A DNA stretch of 56,014 nt from Vicugna vicugna. Taxonomy: Eukaryota. This document shows positions 1 through 12,800 of the stretch, one piece after another; the stretch's first letter is position 1; every line of letters starts with the position of its first letter. The notes under the pieces were generated by a model that searched no databases, was not told the origin of the DNA, and saw nothing but the letters and a program-made list of their open reading frames with translations. The stretch covers positions 186,001 through 242,014 of the forward strand of contig MU058658.1 of assembly GCA_013265495.1 (NCBI GenBank). Reading direction: 5' to 3'. The position numbers and the translations under genes were made by a program.

Positions 1-1
1 T

Positions 2-142
2 CTGGGGGCTCAGGACTTGATCTCCAGGCTTCTCCGATACCAGCCCTCGGAGCGGCTGCCCTTGGTCCAGATCCTGGAGCACCCCTGGGTCCGGGCCCAC
101 TCCCGGAGGGTGCTGCCTCCGTCTGCTCAAATGGCCTCCTGA
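2..142 (+). CDS. AURKC: Aurora kinase C, final coding exon (partial, 5' end outside window)
   Basis: Frame 2 translates [46 protein letters not shown] (TGA 140-142). This matches the recalled AURKC C-terminus (...[20 protein letters not shown]). Position upstream of ZNF805 fits known synteny. Confidence 0.95.
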   Translation: MGAQDLISRLLRYQPSERLPLVQILEHPWVRAHSRRVLPPSAQMAS

Positions 143-246
143 GCCCTGTCCACCCCCATTCCTTTGTGATTGCCCATGGAGCACCCCTGGCTCTGGTCTC
201 TCATCTGTCTTTTGTTTCTTCTCTTTTAAGATGCATCATGTTAGTT

Positions 247-252
247 AATAAA
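247..252 (+). terminator. AURKC polyadenylation signal AATAAA
   Basis: AATAAA about 105 nt after the stop, followed by a GT/T-rich downstream element (~285-325). Confidence 0.8.
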
Positions 253-319
253 AGCTGAATCATTTTGTACCGGGTCTTTAGAGTTGTAAATGTTGGTGTG
301 TGACTGGGTAGAATCTTTA

Positions 320-485
320 TTTTTGTGGGGTGGGGGCAGGTGGTTAGGTTTATTTATTTATTCTTATTTTTACTTATTTACTCTTTTTTTTATTATTATT
401 CTTTTAATGGGGTACTGGGGATTGAACCCAGGACCTCCTGCATGCTAAACACACACACTTATCGCTGAGCTATACCCACCCATAC
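320..485 (-). mobile_element. Vic-1-type camelid tRNA-derived SINE
   Basis: Reverse complement reads gggtatagctcagcg...gcatgcaggaggtcctgggttcaatccccagtacc (A/B boxes), then an A-rich (AAAT)n tail and a cctaaccacc segment. Confidence 0.8.
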
Positions 486-597
486 CCTTCTGTTGCACTT
501 TCATGCGGTAACTTCCCCCTTCATTCGTAAGGTGACTGCACCAGCGTGAACATCTAGACAACTCAGTGGGGAGCTGAAACATGTTTTCTGCTCCTTG

Positions 598-1107
598 CAG
601 GCATCTTTTTCACCACTGTCTCCTGACTAAGAACTGTGGAGTTTGCCCTGTTAATGTTACAAACATGTTATTCTGTACCTTTTCCTCAATGTCAAATGTC
701 CAGCAGATACAGAACCACATCCCTACATGACCAGAACCATGAAGTGAATATACACAGTCCAGCCACTCCATTCTCACAGCAGCAGCCCCAACTGCTGCAG
801 CCCCATCACTGAAATGCTCCAAGGCACTGACGCATGGCTTTTCACCTGCACCTTCAGTGCTCACACCTCTGTGCTTTCTAGCTTCACCCTCTCTATCAGT
901 TTTCTTGAGTTAATATTTCTATCAAACACCTGGAAACTCCTAATAAATTAACTGGTTCATATATAAAAATCCTGCAATATCACTCACTTCTGGTGCTGGT
1001 TAAACATATCACTGGGCCCATCTAGGGCAGGTAGATAAGGATAGAAAAATCAACTAGGGCCTCAACAGTGACAACCAAATGATATATGTTTAAACAATTA
1101 AAACTCT
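598..1107. repeat. Left arm of ~500-bp inverted repeat (pairs with 3355-3848)
   Basis: Reverse complement of 3355-3848 aligns along its length. 807-895 vs 3564-3652 differ at 1 of 89 nt by manual comparison. Confidence 0.92.
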
Positions 1108-1719
1108 GAGATGTTTTACAGTAGGAATTTCAAAGTTTCTCCAATGGCTATATAGCTTTCCTCACCTGCACTGATTCCAGACATTCTGCCTCCCATCACA
1201 CAAAGAATATAAAAACGTTAATATCTGTTTTACAACCTAACCCAAAACCATTTAACTGTAAGGGTCAACCACATGTGAAAAGAAGAATTACGTTTATCTT
1301 CCAATTTGGGCAAATTACTGTTGCCAGTGATGGCTAACATTGTTCCTTGTGCACAAACTGAGCCACGTTTCTCCATAACCTCCTTTTATAAACAGTACCT
1401 TATGGGAAATTTAACTCCAGCTTAATCCTTGGCTCAATTAACATCCTGTCACTATGCTTTTCTCCACCTTTAAAATTAAATCAGGGCATTTTCTGCACAC
1501 CATGTTTCCATTTTCATACCATATGTATTCTCAACTCATTAGAAGCTAGATTTTATTCTCTCACCTTCAAAGTCATGAGAAGAAAACAAAAGGACATTGA
1601 GGTGACTTCTAAGACTTTGAGTAATATAATTCTAGAAGGAATGTTAGGAATCCTAACATGACTTTGTTGGTTTCTCTTCTGCAACTAGTCAATGTTGAGT
1701 TGGTTCAGAGTTCACCCCT

Positions 1720-2000
1720 GTCCATTCCTTTCCCCATCTATTCTCTTTCTTTTGTTGGTCTCATCCAGTATCATGACTTGAAATAATCGTATACGCTATC
1801 AACTCCCAAACGTACATATCCAGAAACGAACCCTTTCCCACTGATCATACACAGGTTAAGTGCCTTCCTTAAAACAGACACTTTGTGGTCTTGCAGACAT
1901 TTCAAACTGACCACGCTTGAAATTGGAGTCCTCAGCTTCCCTCCAAGCCACCCCTACTTGCAGCCTCCGCACCTCAGAGGATAACAAAGCCGCTGTAGGG
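1720..2000. mobile_element. Degraded L2-like fragment, also present upstream of the second promoter (~31050-31170)
   Basis: Pyrimidine-rich L2-like motifs (catttcaaactgacc..., ctcagcttccctccaagcc). The same text recurs at 31059. Confidence 0.45.
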
Positions 2001-2049
2001 TGCTCCGGGCTAAGTCTATTACTCAGAGGTCAGTGCATCATGCGAAGTA

Positions 2050-2920
2050 GGCTCAGGGCCAAAAGACGCCCATAAGAGCCGGGTCCGTGCATGCGCACTG
2101 CGTGGGAAGGAGACTTCCGGCGTCCTCCTTTTGGCGGTTATTTTGACTGCTCGCTTGTCCGTAGCCCCTAGAAAAGCATCTAGGAGGCCAGGCGCACCGA
2201 GAAGTCCCCAGGCGAGCCTAGGGCCGGGCTTCGCGGCCTTTCCCCAGGCCTGACCCCGGGCGAATGTCCCCGTCTCCTGAGCCCCAGCTTCCCCCAGGGT
2301 GGAATGGACGGCCTCGCTCCTGCTCCTCCGCTCCCCCGAGTTGCGCCCACGGTGAAGAGGCGGCTCTGATGCTGGGCTCCAGGCCTGGTTAAGTGTTTTA
2401 CACGGAGGAAGACCGGCTCTAGGACGCGACACGCGGCTGCTTGTTTGTAGAGAAAAACTACGTTACCCAGAAGGCTCTGCACCGCGTGACGGCAGCAGGC
2501 GCTGGGCCAATAACGATCCGGGTCGGGGCATTTCCTGCGGGGGGCGGGACTTCCGGCCCACTGGTGCTGGACGTCATCGGTGTGCTACGGTTCCGTCCAC
2601 GCCAGCTGAGGGGAGGGGGTAGCTGTTCTGTGAAGGTGTCTAGTCCGGTCTCCGCAAATGAACAGAGAGGAGGTCAGCACTCACCTCCGCGCGTTTGAGC
2701 GAGCCGTGGGCCTCCCGGTGAGCGGTCACCCCGCCCAGGGCAGAGGAGGAGTGGCGGTCGGCTGAGCCCGCGGGACCCGCCTCTGTCGCCGCGTCTCCGG
2801 GCCGCTCTCTCCACAGCGTCCCATGATGGCGGCGGCGTGGACGGACCCGGCGCGGGTGAGTGGACGACGTTTTTGGCTTTGCGGTTTCTCTGCTGGCTCG
2901 GAGAGGGCTCCTGAGCGGGG
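2050..2920 (+). promoter_or_regulatory. CpG-island promoter of ZNF805
   Basis: CpG-dense. NRF1-like GTGCATGCGCA (2087-2097), ETS ACTTCCGG (2113-2120), ZNF143/SBS-like ACTACGTTACCCAGAAGGC (2457-2475), GC box plus ETS GGGGCGGGACTTCCGG (~2541-2556), CRE-like GACGTCA (~2570), YY1-like ATGGCGGC at the start codon. Confidence 0.85.
2823..2855 (+). CDS. ZNF805: ZNF805 coding exon 1 (MMAAAWTDPAR)
   Basis: ATGATGGCGGCGGCG...CGG|gtgagt, phase-0 donor at 2856. Typical KRAB-ZNF first exon. Confidence 0.85.
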
Positions 2921-3019
2921 TGGAAGTCTGGAAAGGCACTAGACTTCTCTTTGCAGTTGTGTTTGTGTACGACAAGAGGAGCTGGCTTGTCACTGACTTT
3001 ATCTCCAGGCTTAGAACAC

Positions 3020-3345
3020 GCGAGACTGAATATACAAGTGGACAGTAGGCAGACGTATATGAAAACAGAGCTTCGACACACAACCTGCCCAGGAATCCAG
3101 CCTCTTATCTACAGTCAGCAACCCAGGAACCCGGCCCGGTCTAAGTCAGACTTGCCAGAAGCCAGATTCCTATCTCCAGAGACAGTCCAGGAAGCGAAGC
3201 AGTGACTTCTGTGACAGTCGCCCCAAATGGCCAGGACTAGGTTAATAATGGGCCCTTTCTATAATTCTTTCCTCACTTGTAACTCAAGACCAACCAGAGA
3301 AAGCCAAATATGCGATAATACAGTCATATAGGATGCTGTATTATC
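3020..3345 (+). mobile_element. ERV1-class LTR fragment, MER34-like, truncated at the inverted-repeat arm
   Basis: Motifs cagcaacccaggaa and gaccaaccagagaaagccaaatatg...cataggatg resemble the recalled MER34 family. Confidence 0.5.
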
Positions 3346-3354
3346 GCACGCCAG

Positions 3355-3848
3355 AGAGTTTTCATTGTTTAAACATACATCATCTGGTTGTCACTGTTGA
3401 GGCCCTAGTTGATTTCTCTGTCCTCATCTACCTGCCCCAAATGTGACCAGTGATGTGAGTTTATCCAGCACCAGAAGCGAGTGATATTGTAGGATTCTGT
3501 ATATGCACCAGTTAATTAGGAATTTCCAGGTGTTTGATGGAAATATTAACTCAAGAAAACTGTTAGAGAGGGTGAAGCTAGAAAGCACAGAGGTGTGAGC
3601 ACTAAAGGTGCAGGTGAAAAGCCATGCGTCAGTGCCTTGGAGCATTTCAGTGGTGGGGCTGCTGCTGTGAGAGTGGCCGAACTGTGTATATTCATTTAGT
3701 GGTTTTGGTCATGTAGGATGTGGTTCTGCATCTGCTGGACATTTGACATTGAGGAGAAGGTACAGAATATGGTGGTGGGAGTAACGATAACAAATCAAAC
3801 TCCATACGGAGTGTTTTTAGTGGAGAGATAGTGGTGGAAATGATGACT
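3355..3848. repeat. Right arm of ~500-bp inverted repeat, in ZNF805 intron 1 (pairs with 598-1107)
   Basis: Reverse complement of the left arm. The ORF track shows it too (610..864 minus vs 3424..3645 minus cover mirrored text). Confidence 0.92.
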
Positions 3849-4104
3849 GAGAAGCTGGGGCTTAGTTGCTTTTAGACAAGACATAAAGCCTTCGGCATGG
3901 GGCCAGCACATAGCAGGACCAGGGAGGCTCAGCTATTGCTAGTGCTGCTGATACATGTTACTGATATTATTATTGTCATTACTTATTCATTCCTCTGACG
4001 TCCCAGAGCCCTTTCTGTCTGTATCTCACAGGTTGAATGTCATTTCCGTCGATTGTGCCATTTTCCTACGGCTCCTCTGTAGGAGGCTCGTCTCTCTTAC
4101 ACTG

Positions 4105-4504
4105 TTGGCGTACCTCACTTTATTGTGCTTTGTAGATATTGTGTTTTTACAAATTGAAGATTTATAGCAACCCTGTGTCCAGAAAGTGTATCAGCACCAT
4201 GTTTTCAGCAGCATTTGCTCACTTCGGGTCTCTGTGTTACTTTTTGTTCTCACAGTAGTTCAGACCCTCCACCAGCAAAAAGATTACAGCTTGCTGGAGG
4301 CTCAGCTGATGGTTAGTATATTTTAGCAATAAAGTTATTTTTAATTAAGGTATCTACATTTTTTAATATAATGCTATTGTGCACTTTATAGACTACAGTG
4401 TAGAGTACACATAACTTAATTGCACTGGGAAACAAAAAAGTCACGTGACTCGCTTTACTGTGGTGGTCTGGAATCAAACCCACAAAATTTCTGAGGTCTG
4501 CCAG
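4105..4504 (+). mobile_element. Internally deleted Tigger1-like TcMar DNA transposon
   Basis: 5' end ggcgtacctcactttattgtgc...tttacaaattgaag and 3' end ggtggtctggaatcaaacccacaaaatttctgaggtctgccag|ta match recalled Tigger1 termini. Confidence 0.8.
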
Positions 4505-4658
4505 TATCATGTTATGCCCAGAATGTTGTCCACCTCCCCTTCAGCCCAGCACAGAGCACTTGGCCTTCAGGAGGTATTCTGTGATTAGGGCCTTGATCTT
4601 CCTGCACCTTTACCAGCAAGGCAGAGACAAGCTCTGATTCCATCCCATCCACGGCTAA

Positions 4659-4901
<243 letters not shown>

Positions 4902-6379
4902 TGAGCTCTCTTTCCCTCTCCCCACAGCTTCAGTCATTTTCACGATTCATCTCTTTCCTGCCTGCTATCCCTGTGTCTCTTTGGACAAGAAACATAGCTC
5001 CCCTCTAGCTCCCAGAAAGTGGTGCAAGGAAATAGGGGTGCTCTGCGGGACCCAAAGCAGAATTTCCAGTCGGGCCGCATGAGGGACTGATACCGGAACC
5101 GGGAGCCACCAGGATTGTGCCCTGGCTTCTGGGTCTCTCGTCCTGGCTTCTCCCTCTGCCTTTGCTCATGTCTCTGTCTTCAGAATGGCTTATGTGCCTC
5201 AGCAAGTTTGTGACAGGCATGGCCACCCCAGTCCCTGCTCTCTGTGGCCCCCAGAGGCCTTGTTTCTACTTCTTTGCATATTTAGATGATTTCTCTTTCT
5301 TTCTCTGCTGCTGGGCCCTGCAGGGATGTCCCTGAGGCAGGAATGGCCACCCATTCCATTCCGTCCACACTTCCCTGAGCCTCTCACCCCAGTGCCCAGC
5401 ACAGACTGGCCTCCATCTGAGGTTTTTATTTCACGTTCCAGAGAGGGAGCTGACTGCATGAGACTGGTTGGGTCAAGTGTCCCCCGCCACCAGGTTAGCA
5501 GGGCTGTGAGTGATGGGATGTTCTCCAAGAAGAGGGGGAGGCAGGCGGGCCCCCAGGAGGCCTGTGCCTTCAGTGCGGCAGGTATTGTTGTGAATGCCAG
5601 GATCTCGGTTGTGTGGCTTCTTGGTTCTCCTCTGCCTTCACGATTGTCTCTTGTGCCCAAAGTGCAGGGCCAGAACCCTCTGCTCGTACAAGAGAGAGAA
5701 GTCAGAGTCGTGCTTCTCAGCATCTGGGGGTTTTGTGTCCCAGGAGACACTTGGCAGCATCTGCAGCCAGGACTGGTGGTCACACCTGGGGTGTGGGTGG
5801 GGCCGACATCTAGTGGTGGGGTCCAGAGGTGCTCTCAGCACCCTGCAGAGGACAAGGCGCCCGCTCCACAGAGGGTGAGCCGGCCGCAGTGGCAGGAGGC
5901 CAGGGTTGAGAAACAGCAGCTTGAGGACCATCGCCTTAGCCCTGTCAGTCTGAGGGAGGGGAGGGCTGTAAATCCCGGGCATGGGGGAGACACGCCCATG
6001 TTTAGAGAACTGGAATGTGTGTCGCTGAGATTAAACCAAGTTAGGGAAGGGGTGACATATTCAGGTATCTCATAAGAAAGGTTTTGAAGGAGAAGTTTCC
6101 TGCCTGGCCCTGCCGACCTCCTCACTCACCTGCCCTGCTTTCCCTGAGCTCACTCTGCTGCGCGTGCGGGGCTCTCGCTGTTCCCCGCGCACACGCCTGA
6201 CTCACTTGCCTCGGGCCTCTGCACTTGCTGTTCTCTGCCTGGTGAGTGTTCGTGGGCCTTTCGGCTTCTCAGCGCGGTCACCGCCTGCTCGCCAGCTGTG
6301 TTCTGACCATGAAATCTCTTGGAGGCCCCTCCCCACCATCACACTTGCGTTTTCCCGTCACCCTGTTTATATTCTAAGC

Positions 6380-6603
6380 CCGTGATTCTCATCCAAGGAT
6401 GATGTTGTCCCCAGAGGACACTCGGCAACATCTGGAGACGTTTTGGTTGTCACCACTGGGATGTGATGCGACGGGCATCTCCTGAGTGGAGACCTGGAAT
6501 GCTCAACATCCTGAGCCTGCGCGGGATGCACACATTCCCGCCCTTTCTCCTCAACAGAATTTTCTGCATCCAAGTGTCAGTTGTGCAGAGGTGGCGAAAC
6601 CTT
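6380..6603 (+). mobile_element. MER20-like hAT-Charlie DNA transposon
   Basis: gtgattctca...ccccagaggacactcggcaacatctggagacgttttggttgtcaccactggg...gcagaggtggcgaaacc resembles the MER20 consensus. Confidence 0.75.
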
Positions 6604-7489
6604 TTTTCCGAAGGCTCATGGCCACTTCATCAGGGGCATTGAGACACAACCTGAGGAGGCCATTCCTTTATTTTATCTCTTTCCTGCCTGCTCCTTTCGG
6701 CAAAATCTGGGTTCAGTGCTGAATCCTAAACACCCCGCTCCCAGCCGTTGGCAGTCTCCCCCTTTCAGCAGTAGGAGCTCGTCCCTGAGCAGACAGCAGG
6801 AGCTCGCTGGGACCTGACCTTATGGTTTTGATTTCATTTCTGCAATTTTTTTGTGGTGACCTGCCATCAACTCAGGTGACTCTGTGTCTCCCACTTACCA
6901 GAGCTACACAGGATCCCCTTTTGGAAGGCATATAAGAAAAATAAAAGTGGGTCACTTTTAAGAAAAATGTTAGTGTTAACGCTTGTCACGGCTCGCTCTG
7001 GTTCCTGCAGTACTGGCCGCATAGCAGGCCTGTCCTGGGCGCTGTTCTGCTTTCCCCAGTCAGTTCTCGTGGCCTCCTGGTCCCCCACTAGGTCAGGAAA
7101 GCTCAGGGCTGCAGTAAGTCTCTCATGCGGCTGAACTTCCTCAGTGAATTTAGAACGTACAACTTCATTTTATGAAGCTGTCCTCTGTGTCCAACCTTTT
7201 GTTGGAAGCAAAAATTCTTTTCTGTAAAATATTAATGACAGTAGATGTTAGTTGAAGTTTCTGTAAATGTCCAGTGTGGCCACCTCACCGGGAAGTATTA
7301 TCTGTTTCATCACTTTCTAATCTTCCATGAAACGCTGAAGTCTGGAGTCACTGAGCCTGCCCCCCCGTCCCTGCTCCCTGCGGTGGGTCTTCGTGCTCGC
7401 AGGCCCACCTCACAGCTACCCTACGCTTGCTCCCAGGCTGCTAGCCCCGCTCAGGTGCTTGCTGTTTCCTCCTTCCTGTAGCGTTTGGG

Positions 7490-7720
7490 AGACCAGGGTC
7501 TGGAGCCAGATTCTTGCATTCCATCCTCACTCTGCTCCCTAAAAAGTGTGTGGCCCTGGGCAAATGACTGAACCTGACTGTGCCTCGGTGTGCCCATTGG
7601 CAGAATGGGGTAAGACAGTGTCTATGACCCAGAACTGTAGTGAGGGGAAATCACTAACTTACGAAAAGGGGTCAGAACAACGCCTGGTGTCACCAGGTTG
7701 TGTGCAGGTTAGCAGTGAGG
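7490..7720 (+). mobile_element. MIR SINE
   Basis: tctggagccaga...ctgggcaaatgactgaacctgactgtgcctcggt...gaatggggtaagacagt matches the MIR core. Confidence 0.7.
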
Positions 7721-7957
7721 AACCTCGCGGCCGTCACTGCTGTGGTCGCTCGTCAGGAGCCGCTTCATCCTCAGGCCTGGATTCAGCACCTTCTGAAATG
7801 GGGTTGTGCAGCTTTGTGGGAGAACAGCGCAGAGCAGAGGTGGCTAGACGTGGGCTCCATTTGGCTCAGCCATTCACCAGTCCTGGGCTCTTTGGCAAAA
7901 TCACATCATCTGCCTGACTGTTGGTTTCTGTATGATTTTCATCTATAAAGTGGTGCT

Positions 7958-8230
7958 GCTCACAGACATAGAAAATAAAGTTATGGCTGTTATCAAAAGG
8001 GAAGGGGGAGAGGGATAAATTAGGAGTTTGGGATTAATAGACACAAACTACCATATATAAAATAGATAAACAACAGAGACCTACTGTATGGCACAGGGAA
8101 CCCTATTCAGTATCGTGTAATAACCTATAATGGAAAAGAATATGAAAAAAATATATATAACTGAATCACCTTGCTGTACACTTGAAACTAACACAAACAT
8201 TGTAAGTCAAATATATGTCAATAAAAAAAA
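7958..8230 (+). mobile_element. 5'-truncated L1 3' end with poly(A)
   Basis: cacagacatagaaaataaag...gggataaattaggagtttgggatt...aatagataaacaac...ctgtacacttgaaactaacaca...aataaaaaaaa, a typical cetartiodactyl L1 3' UTR. Confidence 0.8.
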
Positions 8231-8694
8231 GATACTGACCATAATATGTGCTTGCTGGGACTGCTGTAAGGAAATTCTAGGATACAGTCCTCCACGGTCT
8301 GTAGGAAGAACAACACAAAACTTTGCTTGGGTTCTAAAAAAAAGGAAAACTAGCTCAATGAAGACATATACCTTGTTTTGAATGAAAAGAGTTGTTTGAA
8401 GTACTCCATAGATTCACAGATTTATTTCCATTTTGAAGTGATGTAATGCACTTAAGTTTCTTGAACACAGTCCTTTGACTATGATTATACATTATATGTT
8501 AGTTTTTGACTTAGGAGTAAAAACTCCATGACAATATGGCATGCCTTTGGTTTCTGGGTCACAGTTCAGCCTTTTGTGTGGGTGGGAGCAGCTCTGTCCT
8601 GAGGTCTTGTCTACATCTGAAGTCCCAGACTAGACCCTGAGTTGTTCTTTCTTTCCACACAATCCTAGTGTCTTCTTCCTTTCTCCACGTACAG

Positions 8695-8790
8695 GGTGTC
8701 CCGTTCCCAGGCCTGAGCTGATCTGCCAGCTGGAGCATGGGCAGGAGCTGTGGACGGGGAGGAAGGACTGCTCCCAGAGCCCCTGTCCAG
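8695..8790 (+). CDS. ZNF805: ZNF805 exon 3, KRAB-B box
   Basis: Polypyrimidine tract plus acag|GG...CCAG|gtagg. 96 nt, phase 1-1, encoding (G)CPVPRPELICQLEHGQELWTGRKDCSQSPCP. Confidence 0.93.
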
Positions 8791-9879
8791 GTAGGAGCCC
8801 AGGTGCGGGCTGGTGGGAGCCCCAGGGGAGGCCGCTGGCTTGGGCGCCCTGGGGGAGTGTCTTGTTGTGGCCCCTGCATGGTTTGGAAGCTGTGGAGCCC
8901 TTTCGCCTAGGTCCCTCTGTCTTCCAAAAGAGACATTTGTCCTGCTCTGTCCCACATCCGGGCTGCTGAGGGCGCTGGGGCTGAGTGTGGTGATGGTGCC
9001 ACTGCGGAGCCACGCTCCTTCCCCTCTCAGTCCCTCAGGCTGCCAGCTGGCTTGGGAATGTCTGTCAGCTCATCGTCAGCCCCCCCGCCCCCCACCTCTG
9101 ACTGCTCCAGGCCTCTGCCCTCACCTGTCACACGTCTCCGCGCCGGTACCTCAGAGGCACCGAGAGTCAGCAGGCCTAGGAAGGAACCCACTGTGTGCTC
9201 ACTCTCTCCTAAGTTTGAGGGCACAGTCCTGCCAGGCAAGCCAGTCAGAGACCGGATACAGCCTCAGAGAGTTCCTCCCCTTCCCCCCAACCAGTCCCTA
9301 CAACCGACCATCCCCCGGATCCTGGCCGTTTTACATATGTGCATCCTCTGAATCTGTCACCTCCACCGCCTCCCATCCGTTCTGTCCGGACACTCAAAGT
9401 CCACGTTCATGCCATCTTTCCCTGGGGGATGCTGACAGTTCTGACTGGTTTCTGTACCTGCTTTATGCCTCTGGTCAGCTCGGTGTCCTGCATGAGCTCC
9501 CCAGGTGCTCAGACTCTGTTCTAGACAGTTACCGCTTCCCCAGCCATGGGAGTCTCAGCACATGGCCATCGATGTGTCAGCGAGCTTTCTTGTTGAAAGT
9601 GAAGTCTTCCCCTTCTGCTGCTTGGTCCTCAGCCCTTCCACGCTCATTTGGACTCTCCTATCTGTAGTTTCTCTTTTCACCCCTCAGAAGAGGTCCTGCC
9701 CCTGGGCATGGCCAGTTCCCACCTCAGAATCTAGAAAGGAGCTTTCCGTGGAGATACTTTCTTCACTGATATTCTTCTTGTTTTATAACTTTGTCCTTTT
9801 CTCTGCTAAACATAAAAATATGCTCAAGGTCCTTACAGTGAAGAAATGCAATTAAAAATGCTCCTGTCTCACATTGTAT

Positions 9880-12800
9880 TCATCCACTGTCTGTTCATCC
9901 TCACAAAGAGTTCTGCCAAGAACATTCATATATATTGGTCATTTTGCACATGATTAGGACTGTTTTTTGATGTTTCTTGGAGTGAAATTGTTGGATTATA
10001 GACTGCAAATTTTCATGTTTACAAGACAATTCCCACTGTGTTCTACAGGGTCTGTACCACTTCCACTTCCACCAGGAAATAACGGAGGGTCCTTCCACCC
10101 ACACCATGCCCAATACTTGATACTGCAAGATTGCTCAATTTTTGACAATCAGATGAATGCAAAATTATATCTCATGTGCTCTTGATTTCCTTTTCCTTCA
10201 TTGCTGAGGGTCTTTAGCACCTTATCATAAGATTGTATACCAATCCTTAGAATTGAGTTTTCTTCTTTGAAATGTTTCATGAATGTTTTCTATTGACTTG
10301 TTTGCATTTTCTTTTTGATTTGTAGGGATTGTACATTACTCTTATCTTTCTTGTGGATGTGGTAAATAAAATACAGGTAGTATAAAATTGATCATCTTAG
10401 CCATTTTTAAGTGTACAGTGAGTAGTTTTAAATATATTCATAATGTCATGCACCGTCACCACCATCCACCTCCATAACTCTTCATCATTTAAAACTGAAA
10501 CTCTGTACCCATTAGATGATAACCTCCCCCTCCCCACTTTCCCTACCGCCCCCTGACTCCCAGCCCAGCCCCTGGAAACCAGTTCTCCTTTCTGTGTCTG
10601 TGATTTTGACTACTCTAAGTACCTCTTTGGAATGATACTGGATTTTGTGTGTGTAATGGCTTGTTTGACTCAGAATAGTGTCCTCAAGGTTCATCCACGT
10701 TGTAGCGTGTTTCAAAATGTCATTCCTTTTTAATGCTGATCAGTATTCTTGTGTGTATGTGTTTGTGTGTTGCATTTTGCTCATCCATTCATTTCTTGAT
10801 GGAAACTTGGGTTGCTTCCATGTGTTAGCTATTGTGAATGATGCTGCTTTGAACGTGGTGTACAAATATCTTTGAGAACCTGATTTCAATTCTTTAAGGA
10901 ATATAACAAGGAATGGAACTGCTGGATCATATAGTAATTACATTTTTAATTTTCTTTTTTATTACTTTTTTTTATTGAGTTATAGTCATTTTACACCATT
11001 TTTAATTTTCTGAGGAACTGCCATACTGTTTTCCACAGACACCATGCCATTTTACATTCCTATCAACTGTGTAAGAGTTTCAATTTCCCCACAACTTCAC
11101 CAACATTTGTTATTTTCTGTTTTTTTCCAGTAGTAGCTATCCTAATGGATGTGAGATAGTATTTCATTATAGTTTTCATTTGCATTTCCCTAATAGTCAT
11201 GTTGAACATCTTTTTTCTTTTGCTTATTGGCCATTGTATATCTTCTTTGAAGAAATGTCTATCCAAGTCCTTCTCCCATTTTTGTATCAGGTTGTTTGTT
11301 TTTTGGTGTTGTTAAGTTTGAGTTCTCTATATGTTCTGGATACTAATCCCTTATCAGATATGTGATTTGCAGATGTTTTCTCACATTCTTTGAATTACCG
11401 TTTTACTCTATTGATAGTGTCTTGATGCACAAAATTTTTAAATTTTCATAAACTACAATTTTTCTATTTTTTCTATTGTTACCTGTATCTTTGGTGTCAT
11501 ATCCAAGGAATCTTTGCCAAATCCAATGCCATGCCACTTTTGCCCTATCTTTTCTTCTAAGAATTTTATAGTTTTAGATCTTTATCCATTTTGAGCTGAT
11601 TTTTGTATGTGATGTTAGATAAGGGTCCAGTTTCATTCTTTTGCACATAGGTATTCAGTTTTCCCAGCACCATTTGTTGTAAACACTGTCCTTTCCCCCA
11701 TTAAATAGTCTTGGCACCCTTGTCAAGAATGATTTGATAATGTATGCATGGGTTTATTTCTGGGCTCTTGATTTTATCCCATTGGTTTGTTTGTCTGATT
11801 TTATTCCAGTACCATACTGTATTTGATCTTTGTAGTTTTGTAGTAAGTTTTGAAATTGGGAATTTCGTGTTCTCCAATTTTGTTCTTCTTTTGCAAGATT
11901 GTTTTGGCTATTCAGGGTCTCTTCAGATTTCATTATGGATGTTAGGGTGGGTTATTTATTTCTACAGAAAATGTCATAGGGATTTTGATAGAGATTGCAT
12001 TGAAACTATAGATCATTTTGGGTAGTATTGATGTCTTAATATTAGGTTTCCAATCCAGGAATATGAGATTTGTTTCCATTTATTTACATCATTTTTAATT
12101 GTTTTAGCAGTGTTTTGCAGATTTGTTGCACAAATGTCTCATCTCATTGATTAATTCCTAGGTATTTTATTCTCTTTAATGCTATTGTAAGTGAAACTAT
12201 TTTTGTAATTTCATTTTCAGATTTTTTTTTATTCATGTATATAAATGCAATTGGTTTTTTGTGTGTTGACTTTGTATCCTGCTACTTTGCTGAATTCATT
12301 TATTCTAACAGTTATTTTGTGGTATCTTTGTGGTTTTTACATATAAGAAACTATCATCCAGAAGCAAAGATAATTTTACCTCTTCCTTTTCAATTTGGAT
12401 GCTTTTGATTTCTCTTTCTCGCCAGTTGCTCTGTGTAGAACTTCTAGTATTGTGTTGAATAGAAGTGGTAAAATGGATGTCCTTATCTTGTTCCTGATCT
12501 TAAGAGGAAAAGCTTTCAGACTTTCATCATTGAGTATGATGTTTGCTGTGGTTTATGATGTACGACTTTTATTATGTTCAGCTAGTTTCCTTCTATCCCT
12601 AGTTTGGGGAGTATTGTTTTTTTAAGTCATGAAAGGTTGTCTAATTTGTTAAATGCTTTTACTGTCTCAATTGAAATGATTATATGGGCTTTTTCCTTCA
12701 TTCTGTAAATGTGATGTATTATGTTTATCAGTTTTCATATGTCAAACTAGCCTTACATTACAGGAATAAACTGCATTTGGTCATGGTGTATGATCCTTTT

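Noticed and set aside
2019..3083. Multiple ORFs over the CpG islands (also 32015-33011)
   Set aside because: Stop-poor GC-rich sequence. Only the short spliced first exons are supported.
598..3848. Inverted repeat read as the TIRs of a DNA transposon
   Set aside because: No TSD or transposase seen, and the spacer is the ancestral ZNF promoter shared with the paralogue.
5326..6075. 249-aa ORF in ZNF805 intron 2
   Set aside because: No recognisable domain. GC-rich intronic sequence with several overlapping ORFs, consistent with chance.
8813..9667. 284-aa ORF in ZNF805 intron 3
   Set aside because: Non-ATG start, Pro/Ser/Leu-rich, no domain. Consistent with a chance ORF in GC-rich DNA.
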